Shown here: positions 28,522 through 40,201 of the stretch, piece by piece
How positions within the stretch are numbered: the stretch's first letter is position 1
How the letters are laid out: every line of letters begins with the position of its first letter
Source: Microbotryum violaceum
Taxonomy: Eukaryota
Assembly (NCBI GenBank): GCA_001244265.2
Contig: CDLV01000014.1
Coordinates: forward strand, 310,001-374,000
DNA length: 64,000 nt
Direction: 5' to 3'
The notes under the pieces: generated by a model
The model's database searches: none
Told to the model about the DNA's origin: nothing
What the model saw: only the letters and a program-made list of their open reading frames with translations
Program-made: the position numbers and the translations under genes

Positions 28522-29863
28522 TCACAGTCGTCGTACCCCCTCGGGGTCCAAACCCAAATACTCCACGGTGACCAGACGAATAATTAACGCCCATGCTTTG
28601 ATCGTGGGTAGATGAAGGGCGTCGACGTTGTCGAGCATGGTGTGCCATACGGTGGGGAAAGGGACGGAGATCATGTGGACTACGGGGACACCGGCTTCGA
28701 GGAAGGGGATGTGGTCGTCTTCGACTGTTGGAAAGGACCAAACGGTGAGTGCGATATTGTAGGCTCGGGCCCGGGAGTGACTGACCTTTGCCCATAATCC
28801 CGAAAGTCGATCTCGGCATGAAGAAGCTCTTCATCGGGTTCCCTTCCTCCTGCGCCATCGCGACCTTTGTATAGGCTTTCCCCTGATGCCCCGGCCACAA
28901 GATCCCCGCCTGTCCCAACTTGGTCTCGACGTTCGCAAACTCGTCGTACAACCACCCTGTCGGACCATAAAATGTTCGACAGTATGGATTGAGAGCGCCT
29001 AACAGGTCCAAGAGGACGAAATGGGATATCCTTTGCATCTCCGTTCGAGGAACGTTCTCGATCGCCGAGGGTCGTGTGCTCGGTTTGGACCATTGCTTCG
29101 CCAAATGCTTCGCGCCATAAATCGAATCCTCATCCGTCCAATCGACGAAGGCTTCTTCGCCATCGAAGAAGATGATCTGCAACGTCTCGGCTTGGGTTGA
29201 CCGACCCTCTTCCCCACCTTGGGCGAGGATACGTTTCTTGCGTAGCTCCAACCAAGGTGTCAACGACTTTGCGAGGTCCATCAACATCGCGCAAGGCGCC
29301 GCCGAATCCGTTGCTCCAATGAATTGATCCTCTGGGTGGGTGGGGAAGTATTTCGAGTCCAGATGAGCAGCAAAGACGAAGCGCCTGGTCGCTTCGGGGT
29401 CGTGGGTCATGATGAGGTTGTTGAACCTCTTCTCCCCGATCGGTGTCTTGGCAGTGAAACGATCTTGTTCGACGTGCCAACCTAAATCGGTGAAAAAGTC
29501 GACGAGGTAGGTCTGTAAGGTCGTCAAGTTCGTAGATCCGACGGCTCGCGGAACGAGGAGCTTGCTCAACGCCGAGGAAGGGTTGGTGAAATCGAGAATC
29601 TCGTTCAGGTCCGACAGGGTCGAGAAGGCGGAGAGGTGAGAGGTGGAGAGAGGCGCATAGGTGGGATTGCGTTTGAGGACGGAGAACGGTCGTGGGCGGG
29701 GTGGGGAGGAGGATGCAGAGGCCGACAGGACCATGAGCACCAGGAGGATCGTCGTCGTCAGGAGCCAAGATCGAGTGCAAGAGGGGAGTTGCGGTGAGGC
29801 TAGTTGCGATGCACTGAGACCGATTCTATCGTCCCTACTTCGCCGCCGTCCAACGGGAGGCAT
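28522..29863 (-). CDS. Glutaminyl-peptide cyclotransferase (M28 family)
   Basis: AAHLDSKYF, GATDSAAPCAM, IFFDGEEAF..W..DSIYGAKHLA, LLDLLG, and after an intron EDDHIPF..PFPTVWHT..D. N-terminal signal/anchor. Literal stop at 28522 (see finding on the alternative tail). Confidence 0.92.
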
Positions 29864-29902
29864 CGTGTGCGACGGATGTACAATACAGGCGCGTCGGGTA
29901 GG

Positions 29903-29906
<4 letters not shown>

Positions 29907-29938
<32 letters not shown>
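29907..29938. repeat. (AG)n microsatellite
   Basis: About 16 AG units, 44 bp upstream of the glutaminyl cyclase ATG. Confidence 0.95.
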
Positions 29939-29946
<8 letters not shown>

Positions 29947-29990
29947 GGAGACGTGTTGCCTAATAAGTTCGGCGAAACGCGCGCCAAGCA

Positions 29991-32063
29991 AGGACCCCCG
30001 AAAGCCCAGCCGGAGGCGCTTTTTTTTTTTTTGACATTTTGAGGACCCAAAATCCTGGAAATCGTCGAGGCGCATTGCAAAAAATTGACATTTTGGGACG
30101 AAACACACGTTTCGCCCCCGAGGCGCATGTCCAGATTTTGACAACATCCCGTGAGTCGGCCCAATTTTGGCCTACCCTGAGCAACCTTCGGCATGACTTT
30201 GGGCCCGTTCGCCTTCGCTTCGAGACGCGTTTAGCGATGCTCGCGCCTGAACAAGTCACTTAGTACTAGCCATCTTCGGTAATCACATGAGTTAAGTGGC
30301 TGTGAGGGATTAGGCCGATTCGATATTGAAGGGGCGCAGGTTCCGTTCCGCTTCACTTCGGTCCGAGATTGGAGCATAGCACGACAACATCATCCCATGC
30401 AGGCCTACTATTTGAACGATGCCTTCGATTGATTATCGCCGCTCACCAACATGAACATGACGATCGCCGAGCTCCTCGCCTTCGATGTCGCTCCCGCCGA
30501 CGCGTCTCTTCACATCGAGTTGTCCAAAGACGAGCACACCCAGTACTCGACCTTATCATCTACTCGATGCCGTTGAGAAGGCAAACAGCTTCTCACGACC
30601 AATCGTGCGTCTACCAAGCTCAACTATCGAAAATTTGGTCTAAGCTCACGCGTGTTCAGTTCTACACAGCCCACAAACTTGAAACTTCCGCCTCAAGTTG
30701 TCGATGCTCGCGATACCAATTTCTCGCTGAACTGTCCAACCTGATTGCCCATCAAGCTGCTCATAAGTGTAGCCACCTCAAGCTGTTCTACTCAAGGGAG
30801 GCCGATGGAATCGAGCGACCCAACTCGCGGAGAGGCAGGCGTAGGGGTTAGCAATACAGAGGAAGGACGCAGTGTAGCACATTCATGCGTCTTGAAAGGG
30901 CTGGTACAGTCCATGGGACCATCTCGCTGCGAAGACATGGCGGGCACGACAAGGAGCTTTCGCTGGACTAGAGGTGATCAGATGGACCGAGCGCTCACAA
31001 CACACGAGGATCCAGAAGAATGTCTATACTGAGGATGGCCGCATTCAAGTGAGTTGTCGCTGAATTTAGGAGCGAAGGCAACTGGATCTAATGTTTGGAG
31101 AAACAAGCAGACGGAGCACTAGCACAACGCTATCCTCATTTTGGATCGCTTGACGGCGGAGCTGTAACCACTACCACAACATCGAAGATCGGATCTCTGG
31201 TCTGCTTTGGCCTCAAGCGTGGCATGCATTCAATCAGCTGCGATCAAACTGCCTATGGAGAAGAAGTGCTGTTCATTGGAATTGGTACGATGCCTTGAAT
31301 GGCAGTTGAGCTGTGAAGTTCTCGTTTGACACAAGTCTTGTGTCCTACAGTGCGATACATCTACAGCAAAGTGACAACAAACCACTGCAACCAAGATAGG
31401 CTCGCCTCGTTGGTTCTACTCTCAAATGTCGTCGTACAGGAGCTTCGCCTCATCAAGAAAACATGCTATTCCACACACCTCATTGATGGCACTATGCCGT
31501 TCCGCATAATTGATGGTCGACAGGTCATCGAGTCATTAGGCCCGTCAACGACTACATATCGTTCAACCACGGACCTTACCTCATGTTATCCGGACGAGCG
31601 CCTAATCAGCACGAGCGCACATGCCGAGCAAAGGCTTGCCGCCTTCGGAGCGTGCCCGGCCTGCGAGATGCCGCCGGCAGAACCTCTACAAGCCGCACAA
31701 ATGCCACCGCGGAAACAAGGATCTCAACTTCAGCAAAAAGGAAGTCTGACAACGAAGCAGCGAGCCAGCCAGCAAAGCAAGGAAGGCTTGTTTGAAGCCT
31801 GGAGCCACGCGCAACACCAGCCGAAGCGACGCGCGCCGCGAGCCACTTTCGATAGGCCGCCGCGCGCCCGCAAACGCTCGGAACGCGGTTTCGAGGACTT
31901 TTGAGCGATTTTTGGAGCAAGTAGAACACATTTTGATGATATTTCCGAGGCGCATGCGAAATTTTGACATTTTGGGGCCAAAATAGGGTAAAAAAACTTT
32001 GACAAAAAGGCCAAAAAAGGGCGTTTTTCCGCATGCGCCTCTGGCTGGGCTTTCGGGGGTCCT
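29991..32063. mobile_element. Non-autonomous/decayed DNA transposon with 29-bp TIRs and an 8-bp TSD
   Basis: Left TIR AGGACCCCCGAAAGCCCAGCCGGAGGCGC (29991-30019) matches the reverse complement of 32035-32063 at 28/29 positions. GCCAAGCA flanks both ends (29983-29990 and 32064-32071). Subterminal repeats GAGGCGCAT and TTGACATTTTG. Confidence 0.9.
30450..31904 (+). pseudogene. Decayed spliced ORF inside the TIR element, with a SWIM-like CxC-x20-CxH motif
   Basis: GT..AG introns near 30605, 31049 and 31285 join protein-like frames. In-frame TGA stops near 30574 and 31030. CRC..KCSH at 30699-30776. Confidence 0.5.
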
Positions 32064-32312
32064 GCCAAGCAGGCACACGCCTGAGCTCGCCTGAGGGCCT
32101 GAGCAGCACCACGCCTGCACATGCACGCACCCACAGACACGGGCTTTGCCGCATCTTGGCACAAGGGCAATGTGGGGATCGCTACTATTATTAGTACACG
32201 TGAGAGCTACGGCAAGCAAAAGATTCGAGTGAATGACATAAACAAACCCCCGAAAGAAAGAAGCACTGGAAGGACAGTTCAATATCACTTCTATAAGCGT
32301 CACAACCCCCCA

Positions 32313-35300
32313 TCAAGCGACACCGTACTTGGCCTGTGAGGGGGTCATCCCAGCCACAAGTCAGCCACAATCCTGAGCCAACCTTTGCCGAAAAAATTCA
32401 CTCACCCTGATGACCTGATCCACATCCCACACTTTCTTCCCTTTGATCGTTGCACTCTCGACTTTCTTCGGATCCAATTCCCCCCACTTGATTTGCACCG
32501 TCAATTTAGGCACCTTGAACACCGACGACCGATTCAATTTCTCCACCACGCCTTCCAGCAACTTGATCTTGGACATCATTTCCGATCCATGGATCAATGA
32601 GATCATACGAGCGACGTCGCCGTCGGACATGATCGTCGAGAAACGACCGGCCTTTTTCTTGCCTCCTGTTTGACCGGGCGCCGACATGTCCGTGTTGGTC
32701 GGGTCGGCGACGGCCTTGCCTTTGCCTTTGGCGGCCATCCCGTTTGTCGGAGGTGGCAACGGTTTGGATTCCCAACGGAAGGGATCAATGCCGACATGCG
32801 CGTCTGCCAAGGAAACGTCAGACACGGTCAGAAGCAGGTTCCGCGTAGCCATGAAACATCGCCGCAACTGACCATTCAAGAACTGAATCCTCATCGACTC
32901 AAACATTTTCTCCTTCGGCACGCCAAGTCTCGTCTCCCAACAAGGCCCCTTGACGATCGGAATCAACGTCTTGATCTCCTTCTTGTTTCTCGCCTTGCCC
33001 TTCTTCTCCCTCCTCTCCAACCTCCTCCTCGTAGCCAACAGCTCAAGATCCTTCGCTCCCCCATCCGCATCCATCCTCAATTCATCCTCACTCCCCGCTC
33101 CGTCCAAATACTCCACATCATCATCCCCGGCCAACCAGTCGTCCGAAAGGTCGTCATCCGAGTTATCCTCTCCCGAAAGCTCGTCCCCCGATCGAAGATC
33201 CTCCGCATCCTCATCCTCTTCCTCCCAATCGGCCTCGGAATCATACTCATAATTGATCAACGCTCGATCGACTTCGAGAGGTGCACGAGGACGGATCGTG
33301 CGACTCCATATGGTCCACGTCCCGACGTAGCCCGGGCGAACATCGTCGTGGAACTTCAAGAGCTTGACGGGGACTTTACGACGATCTTGAAGAATCTTTA
33401 AAAGGGGTGCGGGATCGCCACCCGTCACTGCGCATTGCGTGACTTCTTCCGCGATCGAGCGGACCGAAACAGTCGTCTTGGGCAGAGCAGAATGGTAGGT
33501 CGGGATGTGTCGCGCAGGAACTCTCTTGGTCAGGTCCGCTAAAGCCGTCTGTTTGGACAAAGTCGGCTCAGAGTCGATGCGGACTTCGGGGAGTTTGCCC
33601 TTGGTAGCGAGACGGTACTTCTTGAAGCGGTTGATGGGGGCGACTTCGACACCGGCTCGAGCGTCGTTGAAGTCCTTGAAGACAAGGTTGAAATCCGACT
33701 CTTTGACGCGTTGACCCGCGCCTATTTACTCGAACACACTCGTCAGCGCCGGTTTCGAAAGGCAAGAACACAGTCGCGCTTGCTCACTGTTGGACGACGC
33801 ATCATTCGACGCAGCAGGCGAAGGCGTCTTCTTGACAACGAAAGCGTTCATGAATCCCGCAGACTTGGACAAACTCTGCAAGGCATCGACCGGGCTCGAG
33901 TTCAGTATTCACCCCGGACCTGGGGCTAAGTGCGGTCGACCGCCTCACCTTGCGCTTCTTCTCCTCCGCGGCCAACTTTTCGGCCTTCTTGGCATCCTTG
34001 ACGGCTTTCTCCGCTGCCTTTTCCGCGGCCTGAACCATACAGCCAAAGTACAAATCAGCATCCATCCACCCACAACCCACCCCACGTCCTGTCAGACCAA
34101 AAAAAGACTCACGACCTTCTCCCTCGCAGCCTTCTTTTCCGCCTTCTCGTTCTCCTCCTCCTCCTTCTTCCTCCGCTTCTCCTCAATCTCCCTCAATTGC
34201 TCGTCCGTCTTGACCTTTTTCTTCTTGGTCGCGCTCCCACTCCCACTCGCTTCCGAGTTCGCCATCGATGAAGAAGCCACCGCTACAGTCTTGGCGACCT
34301 TCCCCTTGGGTTCCTTGACCGTACTCGTCCCGACTTCCCCAGTCTTGCCTGCCGACCCATTACCCTCGAGCAGCAAGCCCTTCCTCTCTTCCTCCCCCAA
34401 CGCTTGCCAAATTCTCAAACAGGCCTTGCCCATCTCGAACCTCTGATTCCTCCTCTTCGTCAACCTCGCCCGCAACTCGGTCGGTAGTAAACTCATACTG
34501 TTGAGTTCCCAGAACCAGAGTTGTAAACCTTGAGGAACGACGAGGGGGTTAGAGGATCCAATTATGTCGGAAGAAATCTTGTCTTGGTCCATCTTGTGCT
34601 CGTCCTCCTGCCCACCGCCACTAACAAGGAGACTGCCGACGTCCAAGCCATGATTGACCCTTTCCGCCAATTCGGCAACAAGGCTCTTGATGGGTCCCAA
34701 CGGAATCCTTTCAAGCACGGACTTGCTCTCCACTTTACGATCATCGTCATCGTCATCTTCGTCGTCGAGGTCGGCTTGAATCGCTAAACCGAGGATCGCG
34801 CCGTCGAGGGCTTTGACGAGCTCGTCGCGGATGAATTTGGATAAGGCGATGAGGGTCTTGGTTCTAGGGGGTTCGAGACGCGCAGGAGGATGAGCGACTT
34901 GATGGGGAGTTGTCTTAGTCAGGTGGGATTACTGACGATTCATTGATCATTGCCGCAAATACCGCATGATGTTGCTGCGGGTACTCGGTCAATTCAAACT
35001 CGGGGTCCGAATGGAACTTTTGCGCAAACTCGGTCGTGAACGCCGTCCAGCCTGAATGTCAAAGATGTCAAAAACACGCGTCGGGTCGGGTCAGTCTCGC
35101 GTATCGAAGCAGAAAGGAATTGGATTTGGACTGACGTTCGATCGCACTCGGGATTTTGGTCGCTTCGAATGGTTTTTGCTTGACGACGAACTTGCCCTTG
35201 ACCCAATCGACGAGGGAAGGTTCGAGAGGGGCAGGGGAGGCGGCGGGGCCGGTGGTGTTGAGTTTGGGGTTGGTCGTAGTCGACTTGGCCACAGAAGATG

Positions 35301-35954
35301 CCGATGCGAGGTGGACATTCTCTGAGGAAGCGGTCTTGGACGGAGTTGACATCGGTGTGACGTGCTCGGCCAGCAACTTTGGTTTCTTGGTGATCGAGTC
35401 TGCAAGACCTGCCCAAACGCAAGATGAGAAAGCAAGTCGACATAGACCTGTCATCTGCTGCGCCAGGATGATGCTACTTACCCTGTTGTTGAGGTTGGTG
35501 TGCTAGCTTCCTCTTGGACAAGCTCGAGGGTTCGTTGTTACTGGTATCTTCGAGCACTTGAACGTCCACCTCCATCTCGACGTCTTCCCCCAGAGGGGAA
35601 CGTGGAGGGGGGGAAGAGGACGAGTCGTGTAGAGAGATACTGTCCATATCAATGTGGCGGCGTTTACTCGACTGGATGACCGAGGACGCGAGTGTCGATG
35701 CGGCGGAAGAGGGGGAAGACGGGGAAGAGGAGGAGCACCCGTCGCGCGACGAAGGGGAGGAAGCGCAGCGAGACGAGCTCGAGCACGAGGATGGGAATCC
35801 TAATCGCTCGGTGGTGGTCGGGATCGACTTGGTAGTCAATGCTTTCGGGGTGTCTGATGGGGTGTGTAGTCGGAAAAGATAAGTGTGGGTGACTCGACGG
35901 AGAAGACGCGATCTGAGCCTTGGACTGACCCGGTAAAGAAGACGAGGCGCTCAT
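32313..35954 (-). CDS. CAC1: Chromatin assembly factor 1 large subunit (Cac1/Rlf2/p150); multi-exon
   Basis: KER-rich coiled coil, KLLKFHDDVRPGYVGTW, NYEYDSEADWEEEDEDAEDL, acidic domain. Last micro-exon AKYGVA* ends at 32313. Confidence 0.9.
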
Positions 35955-36244
35955 AGCCCACACGACACACGCGCGACGGGGCGACGGCGTAGGCACGCAG
36001 GCGCACAGACGGACGCGGGCTGACTCCGCAGAGGGGTGTGACGCTCAAATTGTCCAATGAGGGGCCGGAATGGGTCGGCCACCGAGTTGATGACAGGGCG
36101 ATACTGCTCCTGTAGTAGCAGCGATGAAGTGACTGCGTGGTGATGGGCAGAGGAGGAACATACGAAAAGAGGGGAAAGACCACAACACACCACTGCACGG
36201 CATCCCTGGTTGAGCGCGCACACCTCGCAAATTGGCCCGCGCGC

Positions 36245-36274
36245 ACGCGTCGAGGCGCGTCCACGTCGACGCGT
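36245..36274. promoter_or_regulatory. Two MCB (ACGCGT) boxes in the CAC1/RFC2 bidirectional promoter
   Basis: ACGCGT at 36245-36250 and 36269-36274, with GCGCGT between them, in the 444-bp divergent intergenic region. Confidence 0.55.
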
Positions 36275-36398
36275 CTTCCAGTCCGTGCGCCCACCGTGCG
36301 CCCGCGGGTGCGCCAATTTGACAAGTCATCTCGGGCGCGCGCCGACTCGTTGGCCCCTGACACTTACCTCCTCTCACCACGCCCACGCTCGCATCACC

Positions 36399-37974
36399 AT
36401 GTCATCCGAAGCGCCCGCACCCAAGAAGGATGCGTTTGCCATGATGCGTGCCGCCTCGCTCAACAAGACCAAACCCGCCCCCACTTCTTCAGTCGAAGCA
36501 GCCCCCGCTCCCGTCGCCGCAGCGTCGACTTCTACAGCACCGACTTCTCCCTCCAAACCCGCCAAAGCAAAGACCAGCACGGCTTCCATCTTCTCGGGCG
36601 GTGGTATGGGAGGTGGTCCCAAGCATGTCGTCGATCCCAAAGATCAGCCCTGGGTCGAAAAGTAGTACGTCGCTCCGTCCCACTCCTCACTGCATCATAT
36701 CATGGCAAGAGCTCATACCTTATCCTTGACCAAACAGTCGGCCCAAGAACCTGTCCGAGGTATCCGCTCAAGACCACACCGTCGCTGTACTCAAAAAGAC
36801 CCTCGGTTCTTCCAACGTGCGTCGGAGAAAGAGCCTCCACGCTCTCGCACTCGGGTCGTGCCGCTTACTCCCCATCTACACAGCTCCCACATATGCTTTT
36901 CTACGGTCCCCCAGGCACAGGCAAGACCTCGACCATCCTCGCCCTCTGTCGACAACTCTTTGGTCCTGAACTGTTCCGTTCGCGCGTGTTGGAATTGAAC
37001 GCTTCGGACGAACGAGGCATTTCCGTCGTCAGGGACAAGATCAAGGCGTTTGCAAAGACGACCGTGACGACCAACCATGATCCGTGAGTGGGAAAACTAC
37101 GTTTACGAGTGTCTAGGTTGCTTCTTTTCTGACACGAATCAACTACGCGCCCTCCTTTTTAGCAACTACCCCGCGCCCCCGTTCAAAATCATCATCCTCG
37201 ACGAAGCCGATTCGATGACCCAAGATGCGCAATCGGCCCTACGCCGCATCATGGAATCCCACTCCAAGATTACCCGTTTCTGCTTAATCTGCAACTACGT
37301 GACCCGTATCATCGAACCGATCACGTCGAGGTGTTCAAAGTTCCGGTTCAAGCCTTTGGATACATCCTCCACCGAAATCAGGTTGAGGTCGATTTGCGTT
37401 GCGGAAGGGATCGAGTGTCCGGATGAGGCACTGCAGGCGTTGATCAAGACGAGTGATGGCGATTTGAGAAGGGCGATCACTTATTTACAATCCGCTTCGA
37501 GGTTGCATGGGGCGAGTGGGACCGAGTTGGATAGTTTGTCCGTGCAGGAGATTGGAGGGGTCGTTCCGGACCGAGTGATGAGGGACCTGGGCAACGCGTT
37601 GGGGGTTACTTTTGAGGATGAAGATGAGGCGATGCAATTCGAGGACAACTATGGGACGAAGGGCCAGAGTGCGTTCGGGATCGTGCGCAAGGCGGTGGAG
37701 AAGGTGACGAGGGAAGGGTATTCCGCTACGCAGGTGCTTTCTCAGGTAGGTTTTTTCCTTCATCCCGGACTCAGCACCGAGAAGGTAGAACTAATCCCGT
37801 GCCTTCTCTCAGCTTCACGATCTCGTGATTCTTAACCCTTTGGTCGACCCTAAAGCCAAAGCCAAAATCGCGATCGTGCTAGGAGAAACGGACAAGTGTC
37901 TGACCGATGGTGCGGATGAGGAGTTGCAGTTGTTGAGTTGCGCGGCGAGGATCAGGAATGCGATTGTAGCATAA
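36399..37974 (+). CDS. RFC2: Replication factor C subunit 2 (yeast Rfc2 / human RFC4)
   Basis: [79 protein letters not shown]. Confidence 0.95.
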
Positions 37975-38153
37975 AACGGGTGTGCGTGGGTAGTTTTGAT
38001 GAGGTGTAATGATATCAGAACTGGGCGCTGTAGGGAATCTGGCTGGTGCGGGAAAAGTTTAGTGAGCTTCTGTGAGCTTCTGTGCTCGCGCTTCGTCACC
38101 TCCACTCCCGGGCTGCCGGCGCGACGTTCTCCTTCACTCTCAAGCGATCCAAG

Positions 38154-39817
38154 ATGTTGCAACTCTACGTCTGGCCCGGGTCGACCAAACACGACTTGCC
38201 TTCCCTGGATGCTCAATGCTTTGGCAAGTAGCCACGTACTGCAGAGTCCAGCCTTCCGCTGGGGCTCATCTCGCTCCCTGCAACCCCCACTTTTTTCTGA
38301 TGTGGCGATCGCTCTGCTGTGCTCCCCTACAGTGGCGGCGTCTTATTTACAGTTGCTCAGACCAGGGGAATGGGAAATGATCGAGACGACTGATCCGGGG
38401 GTGTCGCCTACTCGTACGTCCAACTACTCGCTCATCTGGTCGTCATCAATCGTCATCGTCATCGCCATCGCCTCGATTACGTCGCATCAGAACTAACCCT
38501 TCCTCCGTCCCCGCGATACTACCCAGGCCAGCTCCCTCTCCTCAAGGACCACCATCAAACCTTCGTCTCGAGCTCGATCCTGCGCCACCTCTTGCAAAGC
38601 TCGTCCTCGCTCGTCGATTTGACCGAGCCGGTTCAACGCAGTGAAGGCAAAGCATTTGAAGCCTACCTCGACACCACCGTCTTACCTCTGGTGTTGCATT
38701 CCCTCTATTCGGTTTGTCGTTGCAGCAGCGCATAGAGCTTGGTTTTGTTCATAGCCACTGATCCATGAATGATCGCACTCCTCACTCACGCATCCCAGCT
38801 CCCCAAGAATTGGCACGCCTTTTCCAGCTTGTTGGCCCCTTCGTTCTCTTACCCATTGCGCTTGATCCGACCCGCTCAATTGAGGGAACAGGCCCACGAT
38901 CTGGTCGACGCGACTCAACCTATGTGGTGGAATCTGGGAGGGCAAGCCGAGAAGGAGGAAGAGAAGGAGAGGAGAGCCAAGAAGGTTCTTTTGGCTTTGG
39001 GTACGGAAGGCGTCAGGGAACGCCAGGAGGAGGAGAGAAAAGAGGGTAAAGAGAGGATCAAGAAGAAGTTCGGAGAGAGCAAGGTGCGCAAGGTGCACAA
39101 AGGTGGCTTATCAGATAAGGCATTGACGCGGTCCGTTCGTAACAAACAGATCATCGCCGCGGCTCAAAAAGTCTTTGGCTCACTCGAGCACACTTTGGCG
39201 AGTAGTTCGACGCCCTATTTCTTTTCTTCCACGACGTAAGTTCTTCTCCATACTACCCAGCCTATCCCCACCTGTACTAAAAAAAAGCCTACGTCTACGA
39301 CTCCCCGCCTAGGCCCTCCCCCGTCGACGCCCAACTCTGTTCCCTCCTCTCCCTGATTCTCTACCTCCCGCTTCCGACCCCGATCCTAGCGGACCTGATC
39401 AACTCGTCCTTCCCGCGCCTATGGGCCCACACGGCCCTACTCCGACGAACGCTCTGGTCCGAACGTCCTTCACCGATCCTCGCCCCCACTGGGGCGACGA
39501 CTCCATTGAGCGTACTTTCGAACCTAGGCGGTCTATTAATCCCGACCGATTTTCTTCCCTGGTCTTCTCCACGAGTCTTTCATGGCGCATCCGAGGCAGG
39601 AGGGAAGAAGAAGAAGACGAAGAACGATTTGGAATTTGAGAGGAAACGATGGATCTATTTAGGCGTCGTCGCGGTCGCGGTGGTGGGTTGGGGATTGGGG
39701 ACGGGTAAAGTACCGTTGCCTTGGGGGTGGGGGTGGAGTCGCGAGGAAGAGGAGGAAGAGGGGGAGTATGAGTGGGTCGTTGTGGAGGAGGCTGAGGGGG
39801 TTGGAGAGGTCGAATGA
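38154..39817 (+). CDS. SAM37: Metaxin/Sam37 (Tom37)-like mitochondrial outer-membrane protein; multi-exon
   Basis: MLQLYVWPG..LPSLDAQCF/VAASYL..DPGVSPT N-terminus, GST-like C-terminal part (PYFF..PSPVDAQL), C-terminal TM WIYLGVVAVAVVGWGLG. Confidence 0.7.
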
Positions 39818-40201
39818 AGTGTGTGCGACGATGCGGGAGGGCGGCGGTGGTGAGGTCGAATGAACTGTGTGCGGCAATGAGGAGGTGACGGTTTCCAATG
39901 GGAATGGAATTTTCTCGAACTGGCTCGGTGGCCGGCTGGTTTAGAAAAGGGAACATGACAAGCGGGGATATACGCAATGCAAAGAACAAAGATGTTTTTG
40001 ATGATCAATTATTCTACCCAGATCGGTTCAGAGAGGTAGGTAGTTTGGGCAACCGAAAATGACCGTGCTCAAAATGTTCGGCCTAGACCCGAGCAGACGG
40101 GGGGGGGGCTCGACATGACGTGTGCCGTGCCCCGTCCCCGCGCTCTGCTTTTGCTCCCGCCTGCATTCCCGTCACTCTTTAAGAACGGTGCGCTACCCAG
40201 A

